A stretch of 64,000 nt of DNA from an uncultured candidate division Zixibacteria bacterium (GTDB lineage Bacteria; Zixibacteria; MSB-5A5; UBA10806): contig CAWFQL010000017.1 of the NCBI GenBank assembly GCA_963817915.1, positions 384,001 through 448,000 of the forward strand. Direction: 5' to 3'. Under the pieces are notes generated by a model. That model had not been told where the DNA came from, did not search any database, and worked only from the letters and a program-made list of their open reading frames with translations. Below are positions 28,956 through 39,950 of this stretch, one piece after another. Position numbers and translations under genes: made by a program. Every line of letters starts with the position of its first letter. The first letter of the stretch is position 1.

Positions 28956-30030
28956 TTTGGAATTATTCGTTGAAAAAAATCGGCTTGTATGTGTTGTCGC
29001 CTTTTTGATGGTTGGTATATTAATTTCTCCGGCAAACGCTCAGAAGAAAAAGAAGAGCTCGGCGAAAGCCTCAACGACGAAATTATTTTCACTGAATACT
29101 GATATCGGATTAGCTTACGACGATAATGTTATCAATTATTCCGAAGCCGATCTGGGGCTTATTGGTGATTCAACAAAAGCCGGCAAATTTGCCATCAAGT
29201 CAAAAAATGACTGGATAACTACTATTAAAATTCAGCCTCAGATCAAGAGCAAGCTTTTATTTGGCCGTACCGCCTGGGTTGATGCTTCCTTCGAATATTT
29301 TTTCTATTTTCGAAATGATGTCAGACGCTATTCGAAGCTTTCAATTAGCGGCCGCCAGTATGTTATTCCAGGCGGCTATGTTGACCTGACTTATGCGTAT
29401 GTGCCAAATTACTATTATCGCAATTACCTGAAAAACTCGATTTGGATGCAGGCAAAATTCAAGAAGCATTATATAAAGCTCGAAACAGGTTATCAGGTTA
29501 CGAAAGAACTCAAGGCTGATTTGGCTTATATTTTCCAAAATAGAATATTCAACAGCGAATTTACCGAGCGAAATACCAAATCCAACTTAGTAACTGCCGG
29601 CATTGATTATTTATTCACCAAGCAATTTAAGGCGTCAATAATCTACGATTTCGAAAGCGCAATCGCGAATGGAGCCAACAATCCGGATCCGAATGTTATA
29701 GATGTCTCTTATGACGCCTGGGATATATCATTGGGATTGAGACATTACAGCCCGCTATTTGGCCATACCAATCCCGAGGTTTACGGCGTTTTCCAATATC
29801 GTAAAATAAAATTTCAATCGATAAAAGTCCGAGATGAATTTCGATTCGGACGCAATGACAATAATTATCAATTTCGATTGGGCGCTTCCGCTCAACTATT
29901 TTATGGTGTCCGAACCGGTTTGGAATACAAAGCTCAGAAAAAGAGAGCCGACATGTTTTTTTCGTCGCGCGAACCTGAAATCAATTATAATTCCAATACA
30001 ATCTCGATCGATTTCAGCCGAACTTTCTAA
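28952..30030 (+). CDS. Putative outer-membrane beta-barrel protein (start uncertain)
   Basis: Signal ending PANA-Q; alternating aromatic/hydrophobic beta strands; YDDNV near the N-terminus; C-terminal Phe (ISIDFSRTF). Start is either TTG 28957 or ATG 28952 with an indel. Confidence 0.7.
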
Positions 30031-30037
30031 TTGCAGC

Positions 30038-30066
30038 TTGACCTTATCCTAATTCGCCTATATATT
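30038..30066 (+). promoter_or_regulatory. Putative sigma70 promoter for pcm
   Basis: TTGACC-17 nt-TATATT. Confidence 0.55.
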
Positions 30067-30070
30067 TTTC

Positions 30071-30787
30071 TTGGAGGGAATTACCCGTTTTATGATTCCA
30101 TTTCTGATAATGTTTACCATGTTTTCCGAACCACTTGAATCGGGCAATTTTGAATTGCTCAGACTGAATATGGTGGCAAATCAATTAAAAAACCGCGGTA
30201 TCATTAATATTCCGGTATTGAACGCCATGTCGAAAGTGCCCAGACATCTCTTTGTGCCAAAAAAGGAGATAGACCAGGCCTACGATGACTGCCCTTTACC
30301 TATCGGATTTGATCAGACAATCAGCCAGCCTTATATAGTTGCCCTTATGACCGAAATGCTCGATCCGGAATCGGGACAGAAAATTCTCGAAATTGGCACT
30401 GGATCGGGATATCAAGCGGCAATACTGGCAGAGATAGTCGAATCAGTTTATTCAATTGAGATTATCTGTCCGCTTCTGGAGGTCGCTGATTCCACATTGA
30501 AATCATTAGGTTATTCGAATATTTATACTCGTTGCGGCGATGGATACGATGGCTGGTCTGAACATGCTCCTTTTGACGGCATCATAGTAACCGCCGCTCC
30601 TGAAAAAGTACCTCAACCTTTGCTCGATCAATTGAAAGAAGGCGGCAGATTGATCGTGCCTGTCGGTGATAGATTCCAATATCTCGAAATATATACTAAG
30701 AAGAACGGCAAAATATACAGGGAACGTGACATCGCTGTGCGATTCGTTCCCATGACCGGGAAGGCCGAAGAAGAGAAGGAAAAATGA
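30071..30787 (+). CDS. pcm: Protein-L-isoaspartate O-methyltransferase
   Basis: VPRHLFV, QTISQPYIVA, LEIGTGSGYQAA, VRFVPM; start 30071 or 30092. Confidence 0.95.
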   Translation: MEGITRFMIPFLIMFTMFSEPLESGNFELLRLNMVANQLKNRGIINIPVLNAMSKVPRHLFVPKKEIDQAYDDCPLPIGFDQTISQPYIVALMTEMLDPESGQKILEIGTGSGYQAAILAEIVESVYSIEIICPLLEVADSTLKSLGYSNIYTRCGDGYDGWSEHAPFDGIIVTAAPEKVPQPLLDQLKEGGRLIVPVGDRFQYLEIYTKKNGKIYRERDIAVRFVPMTGKAEEEKEK

Positions 30788-31821
30788 GAAATCTAATTTA
30801 CGGGCTGATTGTACTATCGCTCGTTGCTTTAGGCTGTATTAATGAAGAAGTTGAATTTAACGGCAAGACTACGATCTTCGAAGATGGCAAAATATCAAGA
30901 CAGGGGCAAATTGCCATCATGCTTTCGGGCGAAAGAACAACCGCAAATGATTCCTTGACCGCGCTCGAATTTTTCAATGCCAACTTTATTAGTCCCGACA
31001 GCGCCGCTTATTCATATAGTCAGTCAATGAGTGATAGCACACTTCTGATCAATTGGAATGCGGATTTTAAGCCGAATTCAAGAATTATTCAGGATTACTC
31101 GCATGTTGGTACAAATGGTTCCAAGGCTGTTAATTCGATATCGCTGATTCCCAGCGATAAATGGTTTTTTAAAGATTACTCATATGAGGAAGCATATTCA
31201 GATCCTATCGATACCATTAAAGTATTCTCTCTTATTGATAGCGGTTTTACATCTGCGACCAAAGCGTTAAAGGCAGAACAAGCAATCAAGACGATCGATG
31301 ATTCTTCTAACGTAAGCAGAATATTGAACCACGCCCAGATGTCGGCTGGTATTAATCTATACAGGTTGTTTTTGCAGAAACCGGATTCTGCTGAATATTT
31401 GCTTCATTTTCTTGAAGTGGATTTGCATTCGCTTGCCGACAGCCTGGCCGACCTCTCGGGCAGCCGGTCGAATATTGGATTAATAGATAGCTTGTTGCTC
31501 TATTATTATGGGGCTTCAGCCGATGGCGTTTGGGACAAGATATTCGCCAACACCACCTGGCTTTTCGGTAGCTACGGTCTTGATGAAGGTGCGAAGAATA
31601 GATTTGCCATAGAACTTATATTTCCCGGCATCCTATTAAAATCAAATGCTGATGAAGTTAAAGGCAATTTATGCCACTGGCAATTTGGCAGTCAATCATT
31701 TCTTGGTAAAAAGAAACCTCTTGAAGCGTCTTTTCGAATTTGGTCTATCCCCAAGACGATTTTGGGTCTCATGATATTATTGATGGCGGTATATTTGGCG
31801 TTCAAGCCCGGCAAAAAGTGA
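30784..31821 (+). CDS. Hypothetical lipoprotein with a C-terminal TM anchor
   Basis: VALGC lipobox; C-terminal ILGLMILLMAVYLAF-KPGKK. Confidence 0.65.
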   Translation: MRNLIYGLIVLSLVALGCINEEVEFNGKTTIFEDGKISRQGQIAIMLSGERTTANDSLTALEFFNANFISPDSAAYSYSQSMSDSTLLINWNADFKPNSRIIQDYSHVGTNGSKAVNSISLIPSDKWFFKDYSYEEAYSDPIDTIKVFSLIDSGFTSATKALKAEQAIKTIDDSSNVSRILNHAQMSAGINLYRLFLQKPDSAEYLLHFLEVDLHSLADSLADLSGSRSNIGLIDSLLLYYYGASADGVWDKIFANTTWLFGSYGLDEGAKNRFAIELIFPGILLKSNADEVKGNLCHWQFGSQSFLGKKKPLEASFRIWSIPKTILGLMILLMAVYLAFKPGKK

Positions 31822-31857
31822 TATTTAAAATAAGATAATGGTCAATTATCGAAATAA

Positions 31858-31883
31858 TGTAACCAATAGCTCCACTTTTCGTA
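31858..31883 (+). promoter_or_regulatory. Putative ECF sigma promoter
   Basis: TGTAAC-16 nt-CGTA, matching the SigW/SigX-type consensus, upstream of the pspC genes. Confidence 0.6.
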
Positions 31884-31915
31884 GTATACAGTGATGATAA
31901 AAGCCGGGAGGAAAA

Positions 31916-32104
31916 ATGGCAAAAAAAATGTACTTATCAACAACGGATAAAAAAATAGGCGGAGTCTGCGGCGGCCTGGCAGAATATTTCGATATTGATT
32001 CAACATTAGTCCGATTGCTTTGGGTTATTGCCGTACTATGTGCCGGAACGGGGCTACTGGCCTATATCATTTTCTGGATCGTGCTTCCCAAGAAACCTGT
32101 TTGA
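31916..32104 (+). CDS. PspC domain protein
   Basis: [34 protein letters not shown]. Confidence 0.9.
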   Translation: MAKKMYLSTTDKKIGGVCGGLAEYFDIDSTLVRLLWVIAVLCAGTGLLAYIIFWIVLPKKPV

Positions 32105-32119
32105 GAATGGAGGCTTGAG

Positions 32120-32557
32120 ATGGCCAAAAAGCTTTATAGGTCACGTACTGAATGCATGATTGCCGGCGTCTGCGGAGGATTGGCCGAATATTTTAATATC
32201 GATCCGACATTAGTAAGATTGATTGCGGTTGCCCTCGTTCTCGCGGGCGGGTCCGGCATACTTGCTTATATTATCTTCTGGTTTGTCGTGCCTCAAAAAC
32301 CACTAAATCTAAATCAGGTTGAACCCCAGCCGGAAACTCCTGATTCTGATGATTCGCACGAAAACGCGACTAATGAGAGAGATACCGGGATTCTTTTTCT
32401 GGGGATAATTATTACGGTTCTCGGATTTGTGTTTTTGATGAATAATTTTATCTCGTTTTCATGGCTGTCATTTCATAAACTTTGGCCATTAATACTGATT
32501 GCAGTAGGTGTCGCGGTCATTCTTAAGGGATCGGGGAGCAAAACAGATGAGGGTTAG
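32120..32557 (+). CDS. PspC domain plus LiaF/DUF5668-like TM domain protein
   Basis: LYRSR...[14 protein letters not shown]-terminal LWPLILIAVG. Confidence 0.88.
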   Translation: MAKKLYRSRTECMIAGVCGGLAEYFNIDPTLVRLIAVALVLAGGSGILAYIIFWFVVPQKPLNLNQVEPQPETPDSDDSHENATNERDTGILFLGIIITVLGFVFLMNNFISFSWLSFHKLWPLILIAVGVAVILKGSGSKTDEG

Positions 32558-33473
32558 TTCGGTACGATGGGGAGTGATATGGCTCGGTATCGGCTTGTTT
32601 TTCCTGGCAATTAATTTTGAAGTATTGGACAAATTTGTTTTTCCAAAGCTATTTTCGCTTTGGCCGATTCTTTTGATCGCCATAGGAATTGAGATAATTT
32701 TTAGAAGAACCCGTTTCTATTTCCTTGCCTTCATTTCTCCTATATTAATCGCCCTGGCCTTTGTTTTAGCCGCGTCATCCAGTGATAGCTGGCCATGGAA
32801 GGCAGATCGATTCTGGCACGAATGGGGATGGAATCATACAGCCAGCCAGCTTAATGTTTTTGAAATGCCGCCGGATAGCTCGGTTAAATCAATAGATCTG
32901 GTTATCAATGATAATGAGTCGACAATCGATTTTCGCGGCACTGCCGATTTTCTTGTTAAAGCAAACGCCGAATATTTTAAGCGAAGTCCCTGGATCACAA
33001 ATGAAGTTAATAATGGTATCGCGAGGATCCAATACGATAGCAGGGAAAAATTCCATTTCTTTCTATTCGGTCTGCATCTTTCAGAGCCAAGGATTGAATT
33101 TAACATCAACGATTCAATCGCGACAAGGATAAGCCTGACCTCAAAGGCGAAGAACCTCAGATTGAATTTCTCCCAAATACATCTTACTAATTTTAATCTG
33201 GAAACTAAGTCCGACGATTGCTCGTTGCGTTTCGGAATTTTAGAGGATAGCATCAATGTCGCTATAAGCGGTTCCGCGGATAGGATCGATATCCAAGTTC
33301 CGCCGCAATTTGGCATTTTGATTACCGATCGAAGCGGTGATTTGGAAACGATGCTGAAAAATTCCAAGCTCGAACATATTGCGGATTCATATCGATCCGC
33401 GGATTTGGAAACGGCAAAGGGAAAGATAATTATCGAGATTCGCGCGAAGGCTAAATCAATTTCTATAAATTAA
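32547..33473 (+). CDS. LiaF/LiaI (DUF5668)-like membrane protein with an extracytoplasmic beta-rich domain
   Basis: WGVIWLGIG..FL..N, LWPILLIAIG; same operon as the pspC genes. Confidence 0.7.
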   Translation: MRVSSVRWGVIWLGIGLFFLAINFEVLDKFVFPKLFSLWPILLIAIGIEIIFRRTRFYFLAFISPILIALAFVLAASSSDSWPWKADRFWHEWGWNHTASQLNVFEMPPDSSVKSIDLVINDNESTIDFRGTADFLVKANAEYFKRSPWITNEVNNGIARIQYDSREKFHFFLFGLHLSEPRIEFNINDSIATRISLTSKAKNLRLNFSQIHLTNFNLETKSDDCSLRFGILEDSINVAISGSADRIDIQVPPQFGILITDRSGDLETMLKNSKLEHIADSYRSADLETAKGKIIIEIRAKAKSISIN

Positions 33474-33582
33474 ATTCCTCCGATTGATTCTCGTCAACTG
33501 CCCAGGGCTTTAAATTAGCAGAGCATATTATCCATACAACTAAATTATTGACCTTGCCTAAAAGTCATAGTATTTATCCAAT

Positions 33583-35071
33583 GTGAATTTGAGCTTATTT
33601 TATTTCCTCTCGCGAATCTTTCGGATTAAATTTCTAACAATCATAATTCTTATAGCATTGTTGTCCCTCTTAAATACTCCCGTCATTTCATTTGCCGACA
33701 GCCTGGATGACATCAAGGCGCGGGGCGTTATGAGGATCGGGACCGACGCTACTTACCCGCCATTCGAGTATTTCGATGATCAAACTCGTGAAATAAGCGG
33801 TTTCGATATCGATCTAATGAGGGAGATATGCAAGACATTGAATGTCAAAGCCGAATTTATCGGGGTGCCATTCGATGCTATCATATCCGGTTTAAATAAT
33901 GATAAGTATGATTGCCTGATTTCATCAATGACGATTACTCCAGAACGGTCGCAGGCTGTATTGTTCAGCCAGCCATATTATGACGCTGGACAGTCGATCG
34001 CTGTTCCATTGGAAGATAAGACTACAAAGAGTGTTGACGATCTGTCCGGAAAAAGAATCGGCTCTCAGCTCGGAACTACCGGCGAAATGATGGCCAAAAA
34101 AATCCCCAATGCCACCGTTAAATCATTTGATAATATCGGTGAGGCCTTCCGCGATATGGCCAATGGCAATCTCGACGCCATAATTAACGACAAGCCTGTT
34201 TCCCAGCGAATCATTATGACGCGAGGCAAAGCCAAGCTTGTCGGCCCGATTCTTAATTCGGAGCAATATGGCATCGCAATTAGAAAAGATGAAATCAGAT
34301 TGAAGAAGGCTATCGATGACGCTCTTTCTGATATGAAAGAGCGAGGTATCTATTCGAAAATTAATGAGAAATGGTTTGGAGCTCCAATAACCGCTGAGGT
34401 TCAAAAGTCGTTTCTGAGTACGCTCTGGAATATATTGAAATATCTCGCCCCCGCAGTTCCCATGACCATCTTCATAACTTTATTCTCGTTTTTACTTTCG
34501 ATTATCCTCGGAATTTTCGCGGCGCTGGGACGAATATCCGTTAGTCGTATTCTCAATTTCATCTCCAAGCTATATTCCGATGTCATCCGAGGCGTGCCGC
34601 TGATAGTGCAGATATTTTTTATCTATTTCGGGCTCGGTTCAATATTTCATCTGGGTGAATTTTGGGCCGGCGTTACGGCCATTGGAATCTGCTACGGAGC
34701 CTATCTGGCGGAAATCTTCAGGGCCGGGATTCAGGCTATTCCCAGGGGCCAGAATGAAGCCGCGTTATCATTGGGAATGACTCAATGGCAGGTTGATAGA
34801 CACATTATAATCCCTCAAGCGGCGAGGCTTGTCATCCCGCCGGTTGCCAATGAATTTATCGCATGTCTAAAGGATTCATCATTGGTATCTATCATAGGAA
34901 TCCGTGAGCTGACCCGTGCAGGCAGAGAATACCTTTCCTGGTCATACATCGATTTTGCCACTTGGCTGATGGTCGGTTTGCTCTATCTTGATAATGACAA
35001 TGGCCCTTGCCCGCTTTTCGAGAAAAATTGAAAAACGATATAAAATCCCAGGACTGGGTACGAGCAATTAG
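33583..35071 (+). CDS. Polar amino-acid ABC transporter, fused substrate-binding and permease domains; frameshift near 34987
   Basis: GTDATYPPFE, GFDIDL, IRGVPLIVQ, EIFRAGI.AIPRGQ.EAA, LKDSSL. The +1 frame restores LIMTMALARFSRKIEKRY...TAG 35071, abutting the next ATG. Confidence 0.85.
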
Positions 35072-35803
35072 ATGTCTATCGTAGAAGCAAAAAATGTAGT
35101 CAAGTATTTCGGCCAGATAAAGGCCGTAGACGATGTTTCATTGAATGTCGAAAAGGGCGAAACTATCGTTGTAATCGGGCCATCCGGCTCGGGCAAATCT
35201 ACTTTTTTAAGATGCATCAATGCGCTTGAAAAGATCGACAGCGGTCAAATTACTATTGATAGCGATGTGCTCGATAGCGCCGGCAAAAATATCGATAAGG
35301 TCCGTCTCGAAGTCGGAATGGTTTTCCAACAATTCGATCTCTTCATGCATCTAAATGTCATGGACAACCTGACGCTGGCTCAAAAAATCGTCAGAAAGAG
35401 GTCGAAGGAAGGTGCAATAAAAATCGCGGAAGAATATCTGGCAAAAGTCGGTTTATCCGATAAGTCTTCGGCATTCCCGGCCCATCTTTCAGGGGGACAA
35501 AAGCAGCGAGTGGCAATTGCCAGGGCGTTATGCATGAATCCAAAAATCATGCTTTTCGATGAACCGACATCGGCCTTAGATCCCGAGATGATAGGGGAAG
35601 TGTTGGATGTCATGAAAAATCTTGCTAAAGCTGGTATGACAATGATTGTCGTCACGCATGAAATTGGTTTCGCGCGCGAGGTCGCGGATAAGATTATATT
35701 TTACGATTTCGGGAAAATTGTGGAATCAGGTCCCGCTAATGACATACTCGATTCGGCGGCCCATCCCCGTACTAAAGAATTCTTGTCAAAGGTGTTGCGA
35801 TGA
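35072..35803 (+). CDS. Amino-acid ABC transporter ATP-binding protein (GlnQ-like)
   Basis: [34 protein letters not shown]. Confidence 0.93.
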   Translation: MSIVEAKNVVKYFGQIKAVDDVSLNVEKGETIVVIGPSGSGKSTFLRCINALEKIDSGQITIDSDVLDSAGKNIDKVRLEVGMVFQQFDLFMHLNVMDNLTLAQKIVRKRSKEGAIKIAEEYLAKVGLSDKSSAFPAHLSGGQKQRVAIARALCMNPKIMLFDEPTSALDPEMIGEVLDVMKNLAKAGMTMIVVTHEIGFAREVADKIIFYDFGKIVESGPANDILDSAAHPRTKEFLSKVLR

Positions 35804-38800
35804 AAAGAAGTCTAATAATTTGCTTAATTTTACTTTCAGGGATCACGGCGCGCGCAGAAAAGCCATATTTCCAACAAAAAATCAATTACAGAATTAACGT
35901 CGATCTCGATCCTGAGACATCGACTCTGGCCGGTTCGGAATCAATTTTATATTTCAATAATTCCCCCGACTCGCTTAAGGAAATTTATTTTCATCTTTAC
36001 TACAATGCGTTCCAGCCCGGAAGCTATATGGAAATAGTGGGGCGGAAACGGCATTATTACCGACAAGTATTCAGCAATCCAAAAAGCATGGGATATGACA
36101 AAATCGATAGAATCAAAATCAACGGAATCGAGACAACTGATTATCAGATTGATAATACGATAATGAAAACTCCTTTGAAGACTCCAATAGCGCCGGGAGA
36201 TTCGCTTTATTTTTATATCGAATTCAGGGCTCAAATACCGGCTCGGGGCAGTCGTACAGCCAGGCGCGGCGAACATTTCGATGTCGGCCAGTGGTTTCCA
36301 AAGCCCGCGGTCTACGATCGTTATGGTTGGCATGTTCACCAATATCTGCTTGAGGGTGAATTCTACGCTGATTTCGGCAATTTCGATGTCGAGATATCAT
36401 TGCCGCCAAAATATATTGTCGCGCATACCGGCGAGCTCTTAAATGAGGAAGAGATATTTGGGCGAAAACTCCCTGTCCCCGAAGGTGATTCGATTCTTAT
36501 CGACGCCCTCGCATTTTATAAATCCGATTCGCTTTCCATTAAGAATAAGGATTCGTTAGCGGCCTCATTAAATTTAAAACAGTTGCTTGCTGCTGATTCC
36601 CTTCCGTCGCCATTAAATCCCAACGATACTCTGAATCTCGTCGATTCATCCAAGACCGGAATCGATACGGTTTCGATGGCCAAAAATCTCAAAACATGGA
36701 AAATAAGAGCTGAAAATATTCACGATTTCGCGTTTAGCGCGGATCCGGAATTTATAGTCGATATCTGCAGATACAATAATACTATTATCAAATCATACTA
36801 TACAAAATCGACAAAAGATCGATGGCAATTCAAAGCCGCCGATCAAACCCGCAAAGCCATAAAACTATTTTCCGAAAAGTATTATGCTTATCCCTATCGC
36901 CAGTTTTCCAATGTCGCGTCACTGGTAGATGGCGGTATGGAGTATCCTCAGCTTGTGATGATATCCGGCCATTACGGCGAGAATAATAAATACGATCGCG
37001 GCCTCGAATCGACTATCGCCCACGAAGTCGCCCACAATTGGTTTTATGGGCTTCTGGGTTTCAATGAAACAGAGCAGGCCTATCTCGATGAGGGCATGGC
37101 GTCATTTGCCACTATCCAATATATGGAAAATTATCACGGACGTTTCGCTAACGATTATTCCTATGACAAAAAATGGCAAAAGCTATTATTGCCTAATAGC
37201 AATGAACGCGATGAAAATTATAAAACCTATATCGAAAATGCTATTGTCGGGGAGGAAGACCCCTTACTGACTCCAGCCGATCAATATGCGGACGCCGGTA
37301 GATATTTCGTAGCCTCATATCAAAAGGCTTCCGCTGTCTATTTCATGCTCCAATATACGATTGGTACAGAAAAATTCGACCAGATGATGAAATCATTTTG
37401 CGGGAAATGGGCATATAAGCATCCGTATCTTTCAGACTTTCAAAATATGGCCGATTCCACGAACGGTCAGAGCCTCGAGTGGTTCTTTCGCCAATGGTTC
37501 ACTACAACCTGGACGCTCGATTATGGGATTTCCAGATTACATTATGAGAAGGCTATAGTCGAAAAACAGCAAGGCTATATGACGGATTTTACATTGATGA
37601 ATAATAGCCGCTGCCTTTCGCCCTTGGATGTGGAATTGTATTTTAAGGATGGTTCGATAGATACAGTCGAGATAGCCGAATCAGTCTGGGAAAAGGGGCA
37701 GATAAATTATGACACCTCGATATTTTTCCCAACCAAACCATATAAGGCAATTCTCAATCCGGATTTGAGGCTGGCCGATATCAATCGATTGGATAATTAT
37801 TCCGGCATACCGAAGATTCACTGGCAATTCGTGGTGCCAAAATTTATTTACCGCCATAATGAGGTACAGGATTATGTGGAGTCTTATACTATCTCTCATA
37901 AGCCGAATTTTTGGTATAATTCAGTCGACGGCCTTAAAATCGGTTATCATCTCAAGGGCTCATATTTGGATATCTCAAAAAAACTGGCTCTCAATTTGGA
38001 GTATGGGCTTCAAAGCAATAAGACTGACTATGAAGTTTCCTATGAAGATCGATTTTATTCATTTAATCCGCAGCTGCATTATTATGGCAGATCCAGGGAG
38101 CTGGAAGGACGTGGACAGCATGAAATCGGAATTAAATATGGATATGATTCCTACTTTAACGCCGGAACAGTCGCGGACCTTTCACTCAAGAGGACATATC
38201 TTTACTCTTCAAAATATATTAGCGGCCATCCCTGGTCTAAGGGCTCCGTGAATACATTCGATTTGAGTGTCGGCCGATCGATGGAAGTAAAATCGACCGA
38301 AATTATTCTTCAGGCGAGCATGTCAACCTCAGCCCCAGGCAGTAACTACGATTTCACTCGAATGGCGTTTGGTGCGCAATTCAATATCTACGATTCGTTT
38401 TCAGGGCAAAGCTCGATATTGTTCAAGGCCGGACGCGCCGATGGCAACGTACCTTTTCAGAGGAGATTCTTCCTCTCATCCGCCGATCCTTACGATACTT
38501 GGGATGCGCCCCTATATAGAAGCCGCGGCACATTGCCCGAGAAAGCAATCAATAATGGCCACCTGTTTCTGCCCGGAGGAGCTGGACTATACGGTTACTA
38601 CGACCGCAAGATTTCTGGCAATAAGCTAATTGCAGTCAATGTGCTGAAAGATTTGCCCGAATTCAATTTGCCTTACTCAATACCGATACTGAGCGGCGAA
38701 ATAGCGAAAATTCAGACACAGATATATCTCAATGGCGGCCATACCTGGGATAGTGGTACCAAATTCAAAACCAACAATATGCTGTGGGAGTCGGGATTAA

Positions 38801-38940
38801 TTTTCAAATACCGCATACCATATCTTGATCTTTTTATGGATCAGAGCCGAATGTCCTTGTATTTGCCGCTCTGGATTTCGAATCCGGCAAATGGCGAACA
38901 TAATTTCAAATGGCGCTGGTTGATTAGCATAACGGGCTAA
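35800..38940 (+). CDS. Secreted M1 family aminopeptidase with a C-terminal beta-barrel-like region
   Basis: Signal peptide; GGMEYP; HEVAH-18 aa-E (LDEG); aromatic beta-strand-rich C-terminal third. Confidence 0.85.
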   Translation: MKRSLIICLILLSGITARAEKPYFQQKINYRINVDLDPETSTLAGSESILYFNNSPDSLKEIYFHLYYNAFQPGSYMEIVGRKRHYYRQVFSNPKSMGYDKIDRIKINGIETTDYQIDNTIMKTPLKTPIAPGDSLYFYIEFRAQIPARGSRTARRGEHFDVGQWFPKPAVYDRYGWHVHQYLLEGEFYADFGNFDVEISLPPKYIVAHTGELLNEEEIFGRKLPVPEGDSILIDALAFYKSDSLSIKNKDSLAASLNLKQLLAADSLPSPLNPNDTLNLVDSSKTGIDTVSMAKNLKTWKIRAENIHDFAFSADPEFIVDICRYNNTIIKSYYTKSTKDRWQFKAADQTRKAIKLFSEKYYAYPYRQFSNVASLVDGGMEYPQLVMISGHYGENNKYDRGLESTIAHEVAHNWFYGLLGFNETEQAYLDEGMASFATIQYMENYHGRFANDYSYDKKWQKLLLPNSNERDENYKTYIENAIVGEEDPLLTPADQYADAGRYFVASYQKASAVYFMLQYTIGTEKFDQMMKSFCGKWAYKHPYLSDFQNMADSTNGQSLEWFFRQWFTTTWTLDYGISRLHYEKAIVEKQQGYMTDFTLMNNSRCLSPLDVELYFKDGSIDTVEIAESVWEKGQINYDTSIFFPTKPYKAILNPDLRLADINRLDNYSGIPKIHWQFVVPKFIYRHNEVQDYVESYTISHKPNFWYNSVDGLKIGYHLKGSYLDISKKLALNLEYGLQSNKTDYEVSYEDRFYSFNPQLHYYGRSRELEGRGQHEIGIKYGYDSYFNAGTVADLSLKRTYLYSSKYISGHPWSKGSVNTFDLSVGRSMEVKSTEIILQASMSTSAPGSNYDFTRMAFGAQFNIYDSFSGQSSILFKAGRADGNVPFQRRFFLSSADPYDTWDAPLYRSRGTLPEKAINNGHLFLPGGAGLYGYYDRKISGNKLIAVNVLKDLPEFNLPYSIPILSGEIAKIQTQIYLNGGHTWDSGTKFKTNNMLWESGLIFKYRIPYLDLFMDQSRMSLYLPLWISNPANGEHNFKWRWLISITG

Positions 38941-39069
38941 AAATCAAAATGGAGTTTATCGCTCTATTTAAACAGAGATAATTTTGGTTTTTTTCTTGAC
39001 AGCTTGCGAAACCGATATGATATTTAGTATATGAAACAAATAATGAACCCTTTTGATGGAGGTGGGTTA

Positions 39070-39651
39070 GTGAAGAAACTTATTGCCGTTCTAACAATGT
39101 TGGGCCTTCTCGTTTTTGTGTTTTCTATTTGCATGGCTCAGGACAAGGCAGCGGAATCCGCGGCGGCTAAAGCGCCCGAAAAGGCTGCTCACAAATTTGT
39201 CGGTGCCAGCAAATGCAAAATGTGCCATAATTCCCCAGCAAACGGCGAGCAATTCAAGAAGTGGACAGAATCAAAGCATTCCAAGGCTTTCGAAATGTTG
39301 GCCTCTGAAGAAGCGATCGCGGTTGGAAAGAAATTGGGAGTTGATAAACCGCAGGCAAGTGATAAATGCCTTGGTTGCCATCTTACTGGTTATGCCGCCC
39401 CTGCTGAAGACAAAGCCGCAAGCTACGTCGCTACTGAAGGCGTCGGATGCGAAGCATGCCACGGCGCAGGTGCTGATTATATGAAGATGCAGGTCATGAA
39501 GGACAAGACGGCTTCAATTGCTGCCGGCCTGGTACTTCCTGATGAAAAACTTTGTGTCACCTGCCACAATGAAAAGAGCCCGACCTATAAGAAATTCGTA
39601 TTTGCGGATGCCGCAAAAATAATTGCGCACCCGATTCCGCCAAAGAAGTAA
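39070..39651 (+). CDS. Periplasmic tetraheme c-type cytochrome (c554-like family)
   Basis: Four CXXCH motifs (CKMCH, CLGCH, CEACH, CVTCH); signal peptide; GGAGG before GTG 39070. Confidence 0.88.
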   Translation: MKKLIAVLTMLGLLVFVFSICMAQDKAAESAAAKAPEKAAHKFVGASKCKMCHNSPANGEQFKKWTESKHSKAFEMLASEEAIAVGKKLGVDKPQASDKCLGCHLTGYAAPAEDKAASYVATEGVGCEACHGAGADYMKMQVMKDKTASIAAGLVLPDEKLCVTCHNEKSPTYKKFVFADAAKIIAHPIPPKK

Positions 39652-39673
39652 AAAACTTCTCAGGTAAAAAATT

Positions 39674-39699
39674 AGGGAGGTCGTCGACGGCCTCCCTTT
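39674..39699. terminator. Intrinsic terminator between convergent genes
   Basis: AGGGAGGTCG-tcga-CGGCCTCCCT stem with T-rich and A-rich flanks. Confidence 0.75.
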
Positions 39700-39722
39700 A
39701 TATTTTCACCAAATTAAATTTA

Positions 39723-39950
39723 TCAATCGAGGTGGCTAAGCTGTCTCAATATCTTTTCTTTTAATAACGACGGAGCTCTGTCCTGAAAACAATTTTCGTG
39801 AATTAGATTTTTCATTGAAAGCTCAAATTCGAATCGACTGCAGCATAATCTGCATAAATCAAGATGTTTATCTATTTGGGCAGAGGAAGATGGGTCTAAT
39901 TCCTTATCCAGATATTCATATAACTGCTTCACAGCTTCTTCACAAGTCAT
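39723..39950 (-). CDS. Cytoplasmic ZAS anti-sigma factor (RsrA/RshA-like)
   Basis: C....LYEYLDKEL...HLDLCRLC, AP..LKEKI; no TM; ATGA overlap with the sigma gene. Confidence 0.88.
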   Translation of the reverse strand: MTCEEAVKQLYEYLDKELDPSSSAQIDKHLDLCRLCCSRFEFELSMKNLIHENCFQDRAPSLLKEKILRQLSHLD

